A program made the position numbers and the translations under genes. The notes below the pieces were generated by a model that worked only from the letters and a program-made list of their open reading frames with translations, had not been told where the DNA came from and searched no databases. A DNA stretch of 64,000 nt, taken from the NCBI GenBank assembly GCA_965220395.1, contig CBDCPT010000004.1, forward strand, positions 404,777-468,776, read 5' to 3'. Origin of the DNA: Arenicellales bacterium (GTDB lineage: Bacteria > Pseudomonadota > Gammaproteobacteria > Arenicellales > JAJDZL01). This document shows positions 19,221 through 30,202 of this stretch, piece by piece. Position 1 is the first letter of the stretch, and each line of letters begins with the position of its first letter.

Positions 19221-19865
19221 CTAGGTGTTACCTCCTGAATCAGTATAAATGTGGTGTTCTTCGGCATATCGAGTCACGTTTTCAGGCAGCAAGCCGGCCA
19301 CATTCTCTCTACGAAAAAGCTTTCTCCTCAAATCTGATGCCGATATATCAATTGGTGGTACAACAGCATGAAAGATGCTGCCCGACATTTTCTCGAATAG
19401 CGCACGAGGTTTGTCTTGAACAGCCCGCGACCACCAGCCGGGGAGCTGATGTGGGAAATGAAAACCAGGACGACTCATCACGATGATATTTGCAAGCTGT
19501 AATACACATGCCCACCAATACCACCGATGGATCTGCAGAAATGCGTCAATTCCCAAGATCAAACTCAAGGGGCGCAATGCGTATTCGCTACGCATCGAAC
19601 GAAGAGTCGGTACCATGTAGGAGGTGCCGGGGCGCCTGATCTCCCGATCATCTGCAATCAGCTCCGAATATCCTTCGAGTGCCAATTGCGTCATGTTCCA
19701 ACGGTGTAATGCGTCAGTCTTCGGCAACCCACGATGACCGGGACGTGAGTTGGGAATGTAACGAACTTCAGAAATACCGGTCTGCCTACAGACATCCAAC
19801 ACTGGATTGATGTGTCCAAAATGAATCGGATCAAAAGTTCCGCCGAATACTCCAATCGGATTCAT
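19221..19865 (-). CDS. nadD: Nicotinate-nucleotide adenylyltransferase
   Basis: GGTFDPIHFGH, ILGIDAF, ISASDLR. Confidence 0.93.
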   Translation of the reverse strand: MNPIGVFGGTFDPIHFGHINPVLDVCRQTGISEVRYIPNSRPGHRGLPKTDALHRWNMTQLALEGYSELIADDREIRRPGTSYMVPTLRSMRSEYALRPLSLILGIDAFLQIHRWYWWACVLQLANIIVMSRPGFHFPHQLPGWWSRAVQDKPRALFEKMSGSIFHAVVPPIDISASDLRRKLFRRENVAGLLPENVTRYAEEHHIYTDSGGNT

Positions 19866-19960
19866 GCAACCTAAGCAATGGCGGTCTTGCGACCGGATAT
19901 GGCAAATGGAAGCCTGAGAAAACCTGAGTGGTTAGTAAAGATTCTGTCTACAGCCAAATT

Positions 19961-21241
19961 CTATTCTCTGATGTTGCCATCTCCATATACAACAAACTTC
20001 TGCATTGTCAAACCCTCTAGTCCAACAGGACCTCGAGCGTGCAGTTTGTTGGTACTGATACCTATTTCGGCACCAAGACCGTATTCAAATCCGTCCGCAA
20101 ATCGCGTTGAAGCGTTAACCATGACCGAACTCGAATTCACCTCTCTCAGAAATCTGTTGGCATGATCGATATTGTCCGTAACAATACAGTCCGTGTGTTC
20201 GGAACCGTATTGACGGATATGATCCATCGCCTGATCGGGCCCGTCAACGATCCGTATCGACAGAATTGGCGCAAGATATTCTTCATGCCAATCGTCCTCG
20301 GTTGCGGATGACATATTCGAAAACATACTGCAACTTTCTTCACATCCTCTCAGCTCAACGCCTTTGTCAATAAGCATCGGCACTACGCGGGACAGTACTT
20401 TCCGTGCAACGCTGCGGGCAACCAGCAGGGTTTCTGCTGCATTGCAAACACCATAACGGTGTGTCTTGGAATTCATCACGATAGGAACCGCCTTATCGAT
20501 ATCGGCACTGTCGTCGACATAAACATGACATACGCCGTGCAGATGCTTGATTACGGGAATTCTGGATTGTGAAGAAATTCTTTCAATTAGTCCTTTGCCG
20601 CCGCGGGGAACAATGACATCAACATGCTCTTGCATTGAAATCAACGCATCAATTGCCGAACGATCCGTAGTTTCAATAATCTGTATCACTTGCCTTGGCA
20701 ATCCGACAGACTCCAGGCCGGCAAGCAGACAATTGACGATAGCCTGATTTGAATAAAAAGCCTCGGACCCCCCTCTAAGAATGACCGCATTACCGGACTT
20801 CAGGCACAGACCACCAGCTTCAGACGTCACATTGGGTCTTGATTCATAAATAATGCCGATCACACCGAGGGGCACACGCATGCGACCAACACGAATTCCA
20901 GACGGACGGCTGGTAATGTCGGATATTTCACCAACGGGATCAGGCAACTGTGCAATCTGCCTCAAGCCGTCTGACATCAATCGGATGCGTGCATCCGTCA
21001 ATTCAAGACGATCCAGCATGGCTGCAGAAAGACCAGAGCGACGACCAGCCTCGAGATCAATCCGATTGCTGCTCTGAATGGCTTGTGCTGAAGATTCAAT
21101 CGATTCGGCTGCCGATAGCAAAGCTTTGTTTCTCTTTTTTGTGAAGGAACGCGCGACTGTGCGAGAAGCTTCTCGCGCGGCTAGAGCAATCTCTCTCACG
21201 TGAGATTCAATATCGAATTTCGGTTGTGTCTGAATATTCAT
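19961..21241 (-). CDS. proA: Glutamate-5-semialdehyde dehydrogenase
   Basis: [41 protein letters not shown]. Confidence 0.97.
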   Translation of the reverse strand: MNIQTQPKFDIESHVREIALAAREASRTVARSFTKKRNKALLSAAESIESSAQAIQSSNRIDLEAGRRSGLSAAMLDRLELTDARIRLMSDGLRQIAQLPDPVGEISDITSRPSGIRVGRMRVPLGVIGIIYESRPNVTSEAGGLCLKSGNAVILRGGSEAFYSNQAIVNCLLAGLESVGLPRQVIQIIETTDRSAIDALISMQEHVDVIVPRGGKGLIERISSQSRIPVIKHLHGVCHVYVDDSADIDKAVPIVMNSKTHRYGVCNAAETLLVARSVARKVLSRVVPMLIDKGVELRGCEESCSMFSNMSSATEDDWHEEYLAPILSIRIVDGPDQAMDHIRQYGSEHTDCIVTDNIDHANRFLREVNSSSVMVNASTRFADGFEYGLGAEIGISTNKLHARGPVGLEGLTMQKFVVYGDGNIRE

Positions 21242-21658
21242 TTAATGTCGGACGCTCAATGTGTAGATTTCAAGAAATTCCGAAGAACTGCCAACGCAAT
21301 AAACCAGAGTTCTTCCACTTATTTTGCCAGCATAGATTAGTAAAGTCAAAACTGATATATGCTAAATCAGCAAATTTAATTGTGAAATCAATATCGAATT
21401 ACACTACTGTCCCAACGCTGGTTTGAAAATTTCTTCTAATGTATTATTTTTACAAAATAATTGCTGGTTATAGGGTGTCACAGGCTTGAAAACTCCAAGC
21501 AGTTTTGGCGGTGGCATGACAGTGACTGAAATCCCGATTAAGGAGATGGCGTTCAAACGAATTTTGCTGTTGGAGCGATGCGAGGGTGGGAAGAATCTCT
21601 GGAAAAGATGTGATCATTACAAAATTCAATGAAATTACGACGATGATTGTGAAAGAAT

Positions 21659-22687
21659 CTATTTAACTGAACAGATTCCAAGCACAATACGTTCATACTC
21701 ATTCCAGATTGAACCTCCGGCTGAAACTTCGTCTCTCCCTTTCAGAATTCGATCCGCCCTAGCGATCCAGCGCAGCAGTTTTTGACTGCCATTGAAGCCA
21801 AGTCTGTGCGATGCCCGCGTAATCAAGTCTTGACGCGCCTGCCATACTCCCGACTGCCTATAGACTTGATTAGTGGATTTGCCATTGGTCGCAGCAAATG
21901 CCACTTTGTAGACAATTCTGATCTCTCTGGCCAATGCCCACAAAATCAAAATTGGGTCGGTCCCTTCGTTTCTCAGTACCTTTAAAAGACGTACCGCACG
22001 ACTTGAATTTCCAGCTAGGCAGGCATCTGTCAGCGCGTATACATTAAATCGCGCCTGGTCGACTACGATTCGCTCTATTTCCTCAACGGTCAGGGTATTG
22101 CCGTCATAACTCATCATCAGTTTACGAATCTCATTTGCCGCAGCGAGCATGTTTCCTTCAAAATAGTACGCCAGTCGATCGACTACTTCCGGTTCATGCA
22201 GAATTTGATGGCGATCAAGGGAATTCTTAATCCATTCTTGAAACTGCTTGGAATTCAATTCAGGATTGTTGATGACAAGTGCATTTTTACCATCTCCCCA
22301 AGTCTTGAACCACTTCGATCGGCGCACACCCGTCTCTAACGCTCCAGCAATAACCACAACTATGGAACTCTCGTCTTGCGACAGCAGACAGTCCATCAAC
22401 GCTTCCGCACCCTGAGTTCCGGGTCGTCCGCTCGGCGGCAGTCGGAGTTCAATTATCTTTTTTGAGGAAAAAAGGGATTGTGTGTTGATCTCATCATGGA
22501 GAGAACTCCAATTGAAATCGGGCGAGGCCGTCAGCGAAACACGTTCAAGATAATCTAGGCTTCGCGCCCGTTCTCGAATAACATCACAACAGCGCTCAAC
22601 CAAAAACAGTTCTTTTCCATAGACCAGGTATCGATAGTCCAATTCCCTTGCCAACCGCTGAGATAACGCTTTTCTAGTTAGTATCAT
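21659..22687 (-). CDS. holA: DNA polymerase III delta subunit
   Basis: SLFSSKKIIEL, EGNMLAAANEIRKL; leuS-lptE-holA order. Confidence 0.92.
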   Translation of the reverse strand: MILTRKALSQRLARELDYRYLVYGKELFLVERCCDVIRERARSLDYLERVSLTASPDFNWSSLHDEINTQSLFSSKKIIELRLPPSGRPGTQGAEALMDCLLSQDESSIVVVIAGALETGVRRSKWFKTWGDGKNALVINNPELNSKQFQEWIKNSLDRHQILHEPEVVDRLAYYFEGNMLAAANEIRKLMMSYDGNTLTVEEIERIVVDQARFNVYALTDACLAGNSSRAVRLLKVLRNEGTDPILILWALAREIRIVYKVAFAATNGKSTNQVYRQSGVWQARQDLITRASHRLGFNGSQKLLRWIARADRILKGRDEVSAGGSIWNEYERIVLGICSVK

Positions 22688-23221
22688 CTACTCAGACGGG
22701 GAATTTTTCATCTCCTTCGAAATGACGAGGGCCAGACGCTCGACCAGCTGATTTGCTGCCTCCTGTCTGATTCTTTCCCTTGCTGCTAATTTTGCAGTAG
22801 TACGTGCAACCTCACTGCCGCCGATTTCAGTATAGGTCATCGACACTTCGAGTATCTTCGGAGCATATTCACTGGTACTGTGGTCGTGAAATATGGCGTA
22901 TTGAAGTTGATAGTTCAGTGTTTTGGGCAGTAGCCCGTAATCGGAGTTGAGTTCGAGTTCGTCATCATTGATACTTTGCTTGAAGATTTGAATCACAATA
23001 TCGGAATCACTTGACACAACTCCATATCCCTGTGCGCGCAAACTTGCCGCAAGCTTGAACCGTAGATCCGGCTCCGAGCTCTTGATCTGTACGGTGTACC
23101 CATATTTGCCGGACTCCGACAAGTATGGATCAGTACTGCGCAATTTGAAACCGCATCCGCTGAGCATAAACATCAACGCCAAAACTAGCGTAAGGCTCTG
23201 AACTGTCAGTACTCGTTTCAT
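22688..23221 (-). CDS. lptE: LPS assembly lipoprotein
   Basis: Lipobox LSGC-GFKLR; between leuS and holA. Confidence 0.85.
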   Translation of the reverse strand: MKRVLTVQSLTLVLALMFMLSGCGFKLRSTDPYLSESGKYGYTVQIKSSEPDLRFKLAASLRAQGYGVVSSDSDIVIQIFKQSINDDELELNSDYGLLPKTLNYQLQYAIFHDHSTSEYAPKILEVSMTYTEIGGSEVARTTAKLAARERIRQEAANQLVERLALVISKEMKNSPSE

Positions 23222-25719
23222 GTGACAATGTTGACCAGTTTTTCTGGCACGATGATTGTTTTCTTGATCGGCTTTCCTTCTACATGGCGCAGAACTCCTG
23301 GGTTTTCCAGCGCGGCATTGGTAATCTCGTCACGGCCCGCATCAACAGCTACCTCGATCTGTCCTCGAAGACGCCCATTGACCTGTACCGGCATCACTTT
23401 CTTTTCCTGTACCAGCGCAGATTCGTCAACAGTTGGCCAAGATGCGTCAATCACCTGCTCGTGCATGCCGAGCCGAATCCACAATTCATGACAAATGTGA
23501 GGTACGATCGGTGCAAGCACTCTAACCAGTATGAAAACTGCTTCTGCCACTGCATTCAGTCTGTCGGGGGAATCAATGACACTGGAATTTGCCTCGAATG
23601 TTGAAACGCCGTTCACCAGTTCCATGCATGCAGCTATGGCAGTGTTGAACTGATTGCGCTCGAAGTCATTAGAAATTCTCTGCAACAAAGTGTGTGCAAG
23701 CAGTCTTAATTCCTTTACATCGCTATCTGAATCTTCAAACTGACTATTGAAATTGTCGAGTGTAAACTCCCCATTCGCGGTGCACCGCTGGCGAATCGAG
23801 TCTCTGTAACGATGAACGAGATTCCAAAGCCGATTAAGAAAACGATGAGCGCCTGCCAGTGCTTCGTCTTTCCACTCTAGAGTCTGTTGTGGCGGTGAAG
23901 CAAACAGAATGAACAGCCGAACGGTATCCGCGCCATATTGATCGATCATCTCCTGAGGGTCGACAACATTTCCTACCGATTTAGACATTTTCGTTCCATC
24001 TTTTAAAACCATTCCCTGCGTGAGTAGATTTGTAAAAGGTTCGTCGGAATCAATCAGTCCCAGGTCACGCATAAGCTTGTGATATAGCCTCGCATACAGG
24101 AGGTGTAACACCGCGTGCTCAATCCCGCCAATATAGTGATCTACGGGAAGCCAGTAATTGGCGCGTTCATCCACTTTTGCATCGGCATCCGGACAGCAGA
24201 ATCGCGCAAAATACCATGCAGACTCGACAAAAGTGTCAAAGGTGTCGGTTTCTCTTCTTCCAGGCTGTTGCTTTCCTGGAACCTCTACGTTCAGGAAATT
24301 GGGGTCATCTCGAATGGGTGACTGAACACCTTGAAATTCAACATCCTCGGGCAGAATTACTGGCAGTGATTCATCGGGCACAGGATGAACCTGATTATCT
24401 TCATCATAGATGACTGGAACTGGGCACCCCCAATAGCGTTGTCGAGAGACACCCCAGTCACGTAGTCGATAATTTGTCGTTCTTTCTCCATTTGCGTTAC
24501 GAACGAGATACTCCGCGGTAGTGTCGAAACACTCCTGGAAGTTGAGACCGTCGAACTCTCCGGAATTGCACGACTGTGTATTTGTCTTATCGACATACGC
24601 TCCCTGATCGAGATCAACATCTCCATCAACAGGTCGGACGACTTTACGAATTTCAATGTCATACTGTCGAGCGAACTCCCAATCCCGCTGATCATGCCCC
24701 GGAACTGCCATGATGGCTCCAGTTCCATAAGAAACCAGCACAAAATTCGCCACGAAAATCGGAATTTTCTCTCCACTAATCGGATGTATTGCACGAACAG
24801 GCAACCGAACGCCTATTTTTTCCACGGTTTCCATGGCAGCTTCCGAGGTGTTTATATTTTTGCACGATTCTACGAATTCGGCAATTTCGGGGAAGGACTT
24901 TGCATAGTGCTGGACCAGAGGGTATTCGGGTGCAACCGCGGCATAGGTGATTCCCATGACAGTATCCGGGCGCGTCGTAAAAACTCGCAAAGGCGGATGG
25001 CCTTGTTCCACTGGAATATCAAAGTTCACCCCTTCAGATCTTCCGATCCAGTTCCTTTGCATGGTTTTGACAGATTCCGGCCAGCCCGGAAGGTTGTTTA
25101 ATTCATCCAGCAGTTCGTCCGCGTAAGCGGTAGTGCTAATGAACCACTGTGGAATTTCCCGTCTTTCAACGACTGCTCCAGAGCGCCACCCTCTTCCGTT
25201 GCTATCCACTTGTTCATTTGCAAGCACCGTCTGTTCTACTGGGTCCCAGTTGACGGTTCCCATTTTGCGATAAGCCAGATTCTTTTCAATCAGACGCGTG
25301 AAAAACCACTGCTCCCACTTGTAGTATTCGGGAGTACAAGTTGCCAGTTCACGCGACCAGTCATATGCGAAGCCGAGTCGCTTCAACTGGCGCTTCATGT
25401 AAGCGATATTCTCGTAAGTCCACTTCGCTGCAGGAACACCTTTTGCAATGGCGGCGTTTTCTGCTGGCAATCCGAATGCATCCCAACCCATGGGCTGCAG
25501 TACGTTCTTGCCCAGCATTCTCTGATAGCGACTCATCGCATCGCCGATAGAATAGTTACGCACATGCCCCATATGCAGCGCACCGGACGGGTAAGGAAAC
25601 ATTGACAAGCAGTAGAATTTCTCTCTGTCCAGATCTTCCATGACCTTGAAACTTTGATTCTGATCCCAATAATCCTGGGCCGAAGCTTCTACTTCTGAAG
25701 GTTTGTATTCGTCAGTCAT
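23218..25719 (-). CDS. leuS: Leucine--tRNA ligase
   Basis: HMGH and KMSKS motifs, SRQRYWG, 833 aa. Confidence 0.98.
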   Translation of the reverse strand: MTDEYKPSEVEASAQDYWDQNQSFKVMEDLDREKFYCLSMFPYPSGALHMGHVRNYSIGDAMSRYQRMLGKNVLQPMGWDAFGLPAENAAIAKGVPAAKWTYENIAYMKRQLKRLGFAYDWSRELATCTPEYYKWEQWFFTRLIEKNLAYRKMGTVNWDPVEQTVLANEQVDSNGRGWRSGAVVERREIPQWFISTTAYADELLDELNNLPGWPESVKTMQRNWIGRSEGVNFDIPVEQGHPPLRVFTTRPDTVMGITYAAVAPEYPLVQHYAKSFPEIAEFVESCKNINTSEAAMETVEKIGVRLPVRAIHPISGEKIPIFVANFVLVSYGTGAIMAVPGHDQRDWEFARQYDIEIRKVVRPVDGDVDLDQGAYVDKTNTQSCNSGEFDGLNFQECFDTTAEYLVRNANGERTTNYRLRDWGVSRQRYWGCPVPVIYDEDNQVHPVPDESLPVILPEDVEFQGVQSPIRDDPNFLNVEVPGKQQPGRRETDTFDTFVESAWYFARFCCPDADAKVDERANYWLPVDHYIGGIEHAVLHLLYARLYHKLMRDLGLIDSDEPFTNLLTQGMVLKDGTKMSKSVGNVVDPQEMIDQYGADTVRLFILFASPPQQTLEWKDEALAGAHRFLNRLWNLVHRYRDSIRQRCTANGEFTLDNFNSQFEDSDSDVKELRLLAHTLLQRISNDFERNQFNTAIAACMELVNGVSTFEANSSVIDSPDRLNAVAEAVFILVRVLAPIVPHICHELWIRLGMHEQVIDASWPTVDESALVQEKKVMPVQVNGRLRGQIEVAVDAGRDEITNAALENPGVLRHVEGKPIKKTIIVPEKLVNIVT

Positions 25720-25823
25720 AACGGATGATTATTTTATCAGTATTAACTTTAGCAAGCCGTTGATCATACTTGTTGTGTTGGTTGAATTGTGCCAGGGTCT
25801 AGCAACCGTGCCATTGATCGGAT

Positions 25824-28130
25824 TCATTTTCTGGATTTGGCTTCGCAGTTGGAACGTCTTCGAGGAGCGGTTCCATGCAAGAAGGGAATACTCCGAACAT
25901 TCGTACAGCCCGTTGCAGCGATCAATCCTGAATTCAGATCAATGTCGACATAGTCAATTTCGCGTACCGAACTCAAGTTCAGTGTTTGAAGATTCAACTT
26001 TTTCATCATGGAAGCCCAAACGCGCAGCGCACCCGACGACCCAGTCAATCCTGTGGATTTGTTGTCATCCCGTCCGACCCATACTACCGCAAGAAAATTT
26101 CCGGAAATGCCCACAAACCAGCTATCGCGAAAATCGTCCGTCGTTCCAGTCTTGCCCGCGATCTTCAAATCAGCACTGAAAGAATTCAACAATCGTCGTC
26201 CGGTGCCGCGAGCAACCGCCTCCTGCATCGCAAACATAGTCAGATAGGTCGGATCAGCAGGCACCGCGGGTATTGCTTGAACGCTCGAAGCACTGGTTAA
26301 TTCACGAGCATTGGCGGACATGGTCGATATGGCCTTCAATCCAATCCTGTAACCATAGTTCGCCAGTGTTTGGTAGATCTGAGCGACTTGCAGCGGTGAG
26401 AATTCCACAGCACCCAACAGCATGGAGGGGTAGATTGTGCCTTTAAGATCAGCTCCGAGTCTATGCAAATTGTCTGCAACTGACTGTACGCCAACCTTCA
26501 TGCCTACCCGAACAGCAGGCACATTACGGGATTTCACCAGCGCCTCAAGGACCGTGATTTCACCCTGAAACTCTTCGTCGAAATTTTTGGGAGACCATTT
26601 CTGACCATCTTTCAACTTGAATGTGACGGGTTTGTCAGATACCAGCGTACTCAGTGTCCACTTCTTACCCTGCATGAACGCAGTCAGATAAATGAACGGC
26701 TTGACTAGCGACCCTATCGGACGACGAATGTCGATGGCGCGGTTGAATGCGCCGACATAAGAATTCCTGCCGCCCGCTACCGCCAGCAATTCGCCATCGT
26801 CCGGACGCACAACTACAATTCCTCCCTGCAGCGTACCATCCGGTATGCCGTGATTTTTTTCGATTGCAGTCAGTTCAGTTGACAGTACACGTTCCGCCGC
26901 ACGCTGCACTTCTATGTCCATTGTCGTAAATACGGAAAAGTCGCCACGAGTCAAGTCGGATGAGTTAACTTTGTCAGACAATCGGTGAAGTACGACATCA
27001 ACGAAAGATGCGAAATCCCGTTTTTTGCGTTTGTGTGCGGGGATGACATCAAGCGAAGAATTCACGAACTTTTGATAGTCTTGATCGCTTATCAGTCCAT
27101 CGCTCCTCATGATGTTCAGCACAACCTTGCGCCTCTGCTTCGCTCGTTCCGGATTACGTAGCGGATCATAGCTGGAAGGTGCTTTGATCATACCAACCAT
27201 CTGGGCAACTTCTGCGACATTCAACTCTGAAACCGGCCGCCCGAACAGGTACTGGCTTCCAAGTCCGAATCCATGTATCGCACGTTTGCCATCTTGTCCT
27301 AAAAATACTTCATTGCAGTATGCTTCCAGAATTTCATGCTTTTGGAGTCTGTATTCCACTACGAGCGCCATAGCAACTTCTAGAAGTTTGCGTCGATACG
27401 TCCGTTCATCTCTGCCATAGACATTCTTGATCAACTGCTGAGTGAGGGTACTGCCCCCTTCAACGATTCGTCCTGCCATCAGATTTGCCCAACTGGCTCT
27501 AAGAATTGCGCGCAGGTCCACCCCGTGATGCTTCATAAATCGTCGATCTTCCACCGCGATCAAGGTGGCCAGCAACAGTTGCGGCGTATCGCCCAATCGA
27601 ACCAGGTAACGGTCTTCGTGCTGAATCTGGGACAGGCTTCCGATCAGATGCGGCTTCAGCCGCAACACTGGAATCGACTGACCTGAACGACGATCGGCAA
27701 TCGAGCCGATGGTGCTGCCATTGAGCTTCACTCGCACGGAACGGGATTTTTGCGGTCCATCCCAAAAAGTGAATTCCCTTGTAACGAGATCGATGGATTT
27801 ACTGTTCAATCTGAATTCACCCGCGCCTTCAACCGTCGAGACATGACGATATCCCAATCCCTGTAACCGGCTTTCCAGTCGATCTCGCGTTATCGTTAGC
27901 CCAGGATAGAGTTCAAATGATCGACTGTAGATATGTACCGGAATTTCCCATAGCTGACGATCAAAACGATCACGAACAATATTGTCTACCCAAAGGAATC
28001 CGACTACGACTCCAAGCGATACCAAAACAATGCTCCAGACCACAAATCGGAGCAACAGGCTCCGCAATATGCCTGATTTACGACGGCGGCGCTTGGCTCC
28101 TTTAGATCGAGTCCCTGAGCGCCGTGCCAT
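25824..28130 (-). CDS. mrcB: Penicillin-binding protein 1B
   Basis: UB2H-like region, EDRRF..H.GVD, GSTLTQQLIKN, SLVK, SRN, KTGT. Confidence 0.92.
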   Translation of the reverse strand: MARRSGTRSKGAKRRRRKSGILRSLLLRFVVWSIVLVSLGVVVGFLWVDNIVRDRFDRQLWEIPVHIYSRSFELYPGLTITRDRLESRLQGLGYRHVSTVEGAGEFRLNSKSIDLVTREFTFWDGPQKSRSVRVKLNGSTIGSIADRRSGQSIPVLRLKPHLIGSLSQIQHEDRYLVRLGDTPQLLLATLIAVEDRRFMKHHGVDLRAILRASWANLMAGRIVEGGSTLTQQLIKNVYGRDERTYRRKLLEVAMALVVEYRLQKHEILEAYCNEVFLGQDGKRAIHGFGLGSQYLFGRPVSELNVAEVAQMVGMIKAPSSYDPLRNPERAKQRRKVVLNIMRSDGLISDQDYQKFVNSSLDVIPAHKRKKRDFASFVDVVLHRLSDKVNSSDLTRGDFSVFTTMDIEVQRAAERVLSTELTAIEKNHGIPDGTLQGGIVVVRPDDGELLAVAGGRNSYVGAFNRAIDIRRPIGSLVKPFIYLTAFMQGKKWTLSTLVSDKPVTFKLKDGQKWSPKNFDEEFQGEITVLEALVKSRNVPAVRVGMKVGVQSVADNLHRLGADLKGTIYPSMLLGAVEFSPLQVAQIYQTLANYGYRIGLKAISTMSANARELTSASSVQAIPAVPADPTYLTMFAMQEAVARGTGRRLLNSFSADLKIAGKTGTTDDFRDSWFVGISGNFLAVVWVGRDDNKSTGLTGSSGALRVWASMMKKLNLQTLNLSSVREIDYVDIDLNSGLIAATGCTNVRSIPFLHGTAPRRRSNCEAKSRK

Positions 28131-28151
28131 AGTTGTAAGAGTCAGTTGCTT

Positions 28152-28466
28152 TCAATCGGCAGACAAAATTGTTGAACAGTTCCAGCAGATTTCAAAATTG
28201 GCGGGATTTGGCTGATTGCAATCCGGGCAGATGATTTCCTTGCTGCCCGCAACTCTGGATTCAAAACTCTCGACAATCAATTTTGCATTCGCCTCGTCGC
28301 GATCATTTTCCACCCATACTTCTGGATAAGTGTGGGTAAATGGCAATTCACCAACCGCGCCGTGTGAAAATTCATTGAATACTTGGGCAGGAATGCCATT
28401 GTCTCGCATGCGATTGCATACAAGATGGGCGTCAGCCAGATGCTCGGCGATATAGACTCGAATCAA
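28152..28466 (-). CDS. DUF2007-like protein with C-terminal zinc ribbon
   Basis: AHLV...GIPA.V..E..GELPF..PEVWV; CPDC..CWNC. Confidence 0.75.
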   Translation of the reverse strand: MIRVYIAEHLADAHLVCNRMRDNGIPAQVFNEFSHGAVGELPFTHTYPEVWVENDRDEANAKLIVESFESRVAGSKEIICPDCNQPNPANFEICWNCSTILSAD

Positions 28467-28840
28467 AATTTATATTCAGTGTACTTTTTTGAGTTTCCGC
28501 GTACCAGATTCGCAGGATATTTTTTCTGATTGACGGCTAGCTTTCTTTCAACAGCCGCCAGCAGGTCAATATCCAGTCGGTCAGATATTCGAATCAGATA
28601 AGTCATCACGTCTGCAATCTCTTCTTCGGCATATTGTTTCCGCTTCGGATCTAGCTGCTGGCTTTCTTCTTCCGTCATCCACTGAAAAATTTCAACCAGT
28701 TCTGATGCTTCGACCGCCAGTGCCATCGCCAAATTCTTCGGAGAATGAAACTGATCCCAATCTCTTTCTTCCACAAAGTTTCGAATTTTTCGAATTAATT
28801 CATCTAATTCTGGACGGCAAGGATTTTCGGATTCTTGCAT
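28463..28840 (-). CDS. MazG-like nucleotide pyrophosphohydrolase
   Basis: ERDWDQFHSPKNLAMAL.VEASEL, EEIADV, KYP. Confidence 0.9.
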   Translation of the reverse strand: MQESENPCRPELDELIRKIRNFVEERDWDQFHSPKNLAMALAVEASELVEIFQWMTEEESQQLDPKRKQYAEEEIADVMTYLIRISDRLDIDLLAAVERKLAVNQKKYPANLVRGNSKKYTEYKF

Positions 28841-30123
28841 TATCGATCCAGAGTGGGATACAGGTGCTCCCGAGTCATGGCAACACTGTTGTCCACACCG
28901 CGCGCGAATACCATCTGAAACAGTTGCAGCGAACCTACCAGAAACGCAGCAATCGAACCCGTAAGGTACAGCCTCCAGGCACGCACGAACCGTTCGTCGA
29001 ACATCTTTGTCACAACTTCTTCGTTTTCATTGAACCGATCCAGCCAGTGCCTTAGCGTCTCTGCATAGTGAAGGCGTAGATTTTCGATATCGAGAACTGA
29101 GAAGTCATACGGTTCGATAGTGTCCATCATTTCACGAATGGTTGGAGGATACGCTCCCGGGAAGATGCGTTTTTCAGTCCATGTACTCATCAGATTGGGA
29201 ACATTACGACCAATTGAATGTATCAGCGCACGGCCATTGGCAGTCAGGCATCGGTCGATCGTCGAACCCAACACGGAATAATTTCGCTTCCCAACATGCT
29301 CCAGCATTCCGACTGAAATAAACACATCATATGTGCCTTTGATGTTCCTATAGTCATCTTCGACGTACTCTACCTGATTCTGCACTCCGTTGGATTTGGC
29401 ACGCTCAGTCGCATAGACGATCTGTTCGTGGGAAATATTGTATGACCTGACTTTCACTCCATAATTCTTCGCCATGTAGAGTGCGAGTCCACCCCAACCA
29501 CAACCCGCTTCCACGACCGTCTGTCCCGGCCGCAACATCAGCTTTCGGCAGACGTGCTCCATTTTTGCGATCTGCGCCTGCTCAATTGACAAATCATTTT
29601 TCGGGAAATATGCACAGGTATATTGCATTGCTTCCTTATCCAGCCACAACGAATAGAAATCATTACCTAAATCGTAGTGGTGATGGATATTGGACTTTGA
29701 ATCCCTCAGAGTATTATTTTTGGCTTTCTTTTGGCCAAACAGGGCCACCTGCTTTGCGAACCATCGCTTTTCGGATTCTGCATGCTTATTCGCCAAGTAA
29801 ATTTCACAGAGAATATCCAGCAGATCGCCTTCAATTTCGATATGCCCTTCAGAATACCCATCACCAAATCCAATTTCTCTGCTCATTAGGGTTTTCATAA
29901 AAGCCGCACGATTGTTGAATCGCAACACCGCGACGGGCGGCTCTTCGCAGACTGAATAATTTGAGCCATCCCAAAGTTGAATTTCGACACGCGGGATACC
30001 ACTGATCTTGAGCAGTGTCTTGACGAGAAAACGGTCAATCGCGGTCGGCACCGAAGACGGTGGCGCTTTTCTGGGCTTAACTGAATCCATCGCTGACGGC
30101 GTACTTTGTCGTTCGATATCCAT
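28840..30123 (-). CDS. Cyclopropane-fatty-acyl-phospholipid synthase family methyltransferase
   Basis: HHYDLGNDFY, YTCAYF, EAGCGWG, SVGMLEHVG, HYAETLRHW. Confidence 0.9.
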   Translation of the reverse strand: MDIERQSTPSAMDSVKPRKAPPSSVPTAIDRFLVKTLLKISGIPRVEIQLWDGSNYSVCEEPPVAVLRFNNRAAFMKTLMSREIGFGDGYSEGHIEIEGDLLDILCEIYLANKHAESEKRWFAKQVALFGQKKAKNNTLRDSKSNIHHHYDLGNDFYSLWLDKEAMQYTCAYFPKNDLSIEQAQIAKMEHVCRKLMLRPGQTVVEAGCGWGGLALYMAKNYGVKVRSYNISHEQIVYATERAKSNGVQNQVEYVEDDYRNIKGTYDVFISVGMLEHVGKRNYSVLGSTIDRCLTANGRALIHSIGRNVPNLMSTWTEKRIFPGAYPPTIREMMDTIEPYDFSVLDIENLRLHYAETLRHWLDRFNENEEVVTKMFDERFVRAWRLYLTGSIAAFLVGSLQLFQMVFARGVDNSVAMTREHLYPTLDR

Positions 30124-30202
30124 ATATCAACATCTCTGCTTGAATTTGAAGGTTAATAAATTTGCATCCAGACTTCATGAATTTTTAGCGCTCCTGTTTC
30201 AG

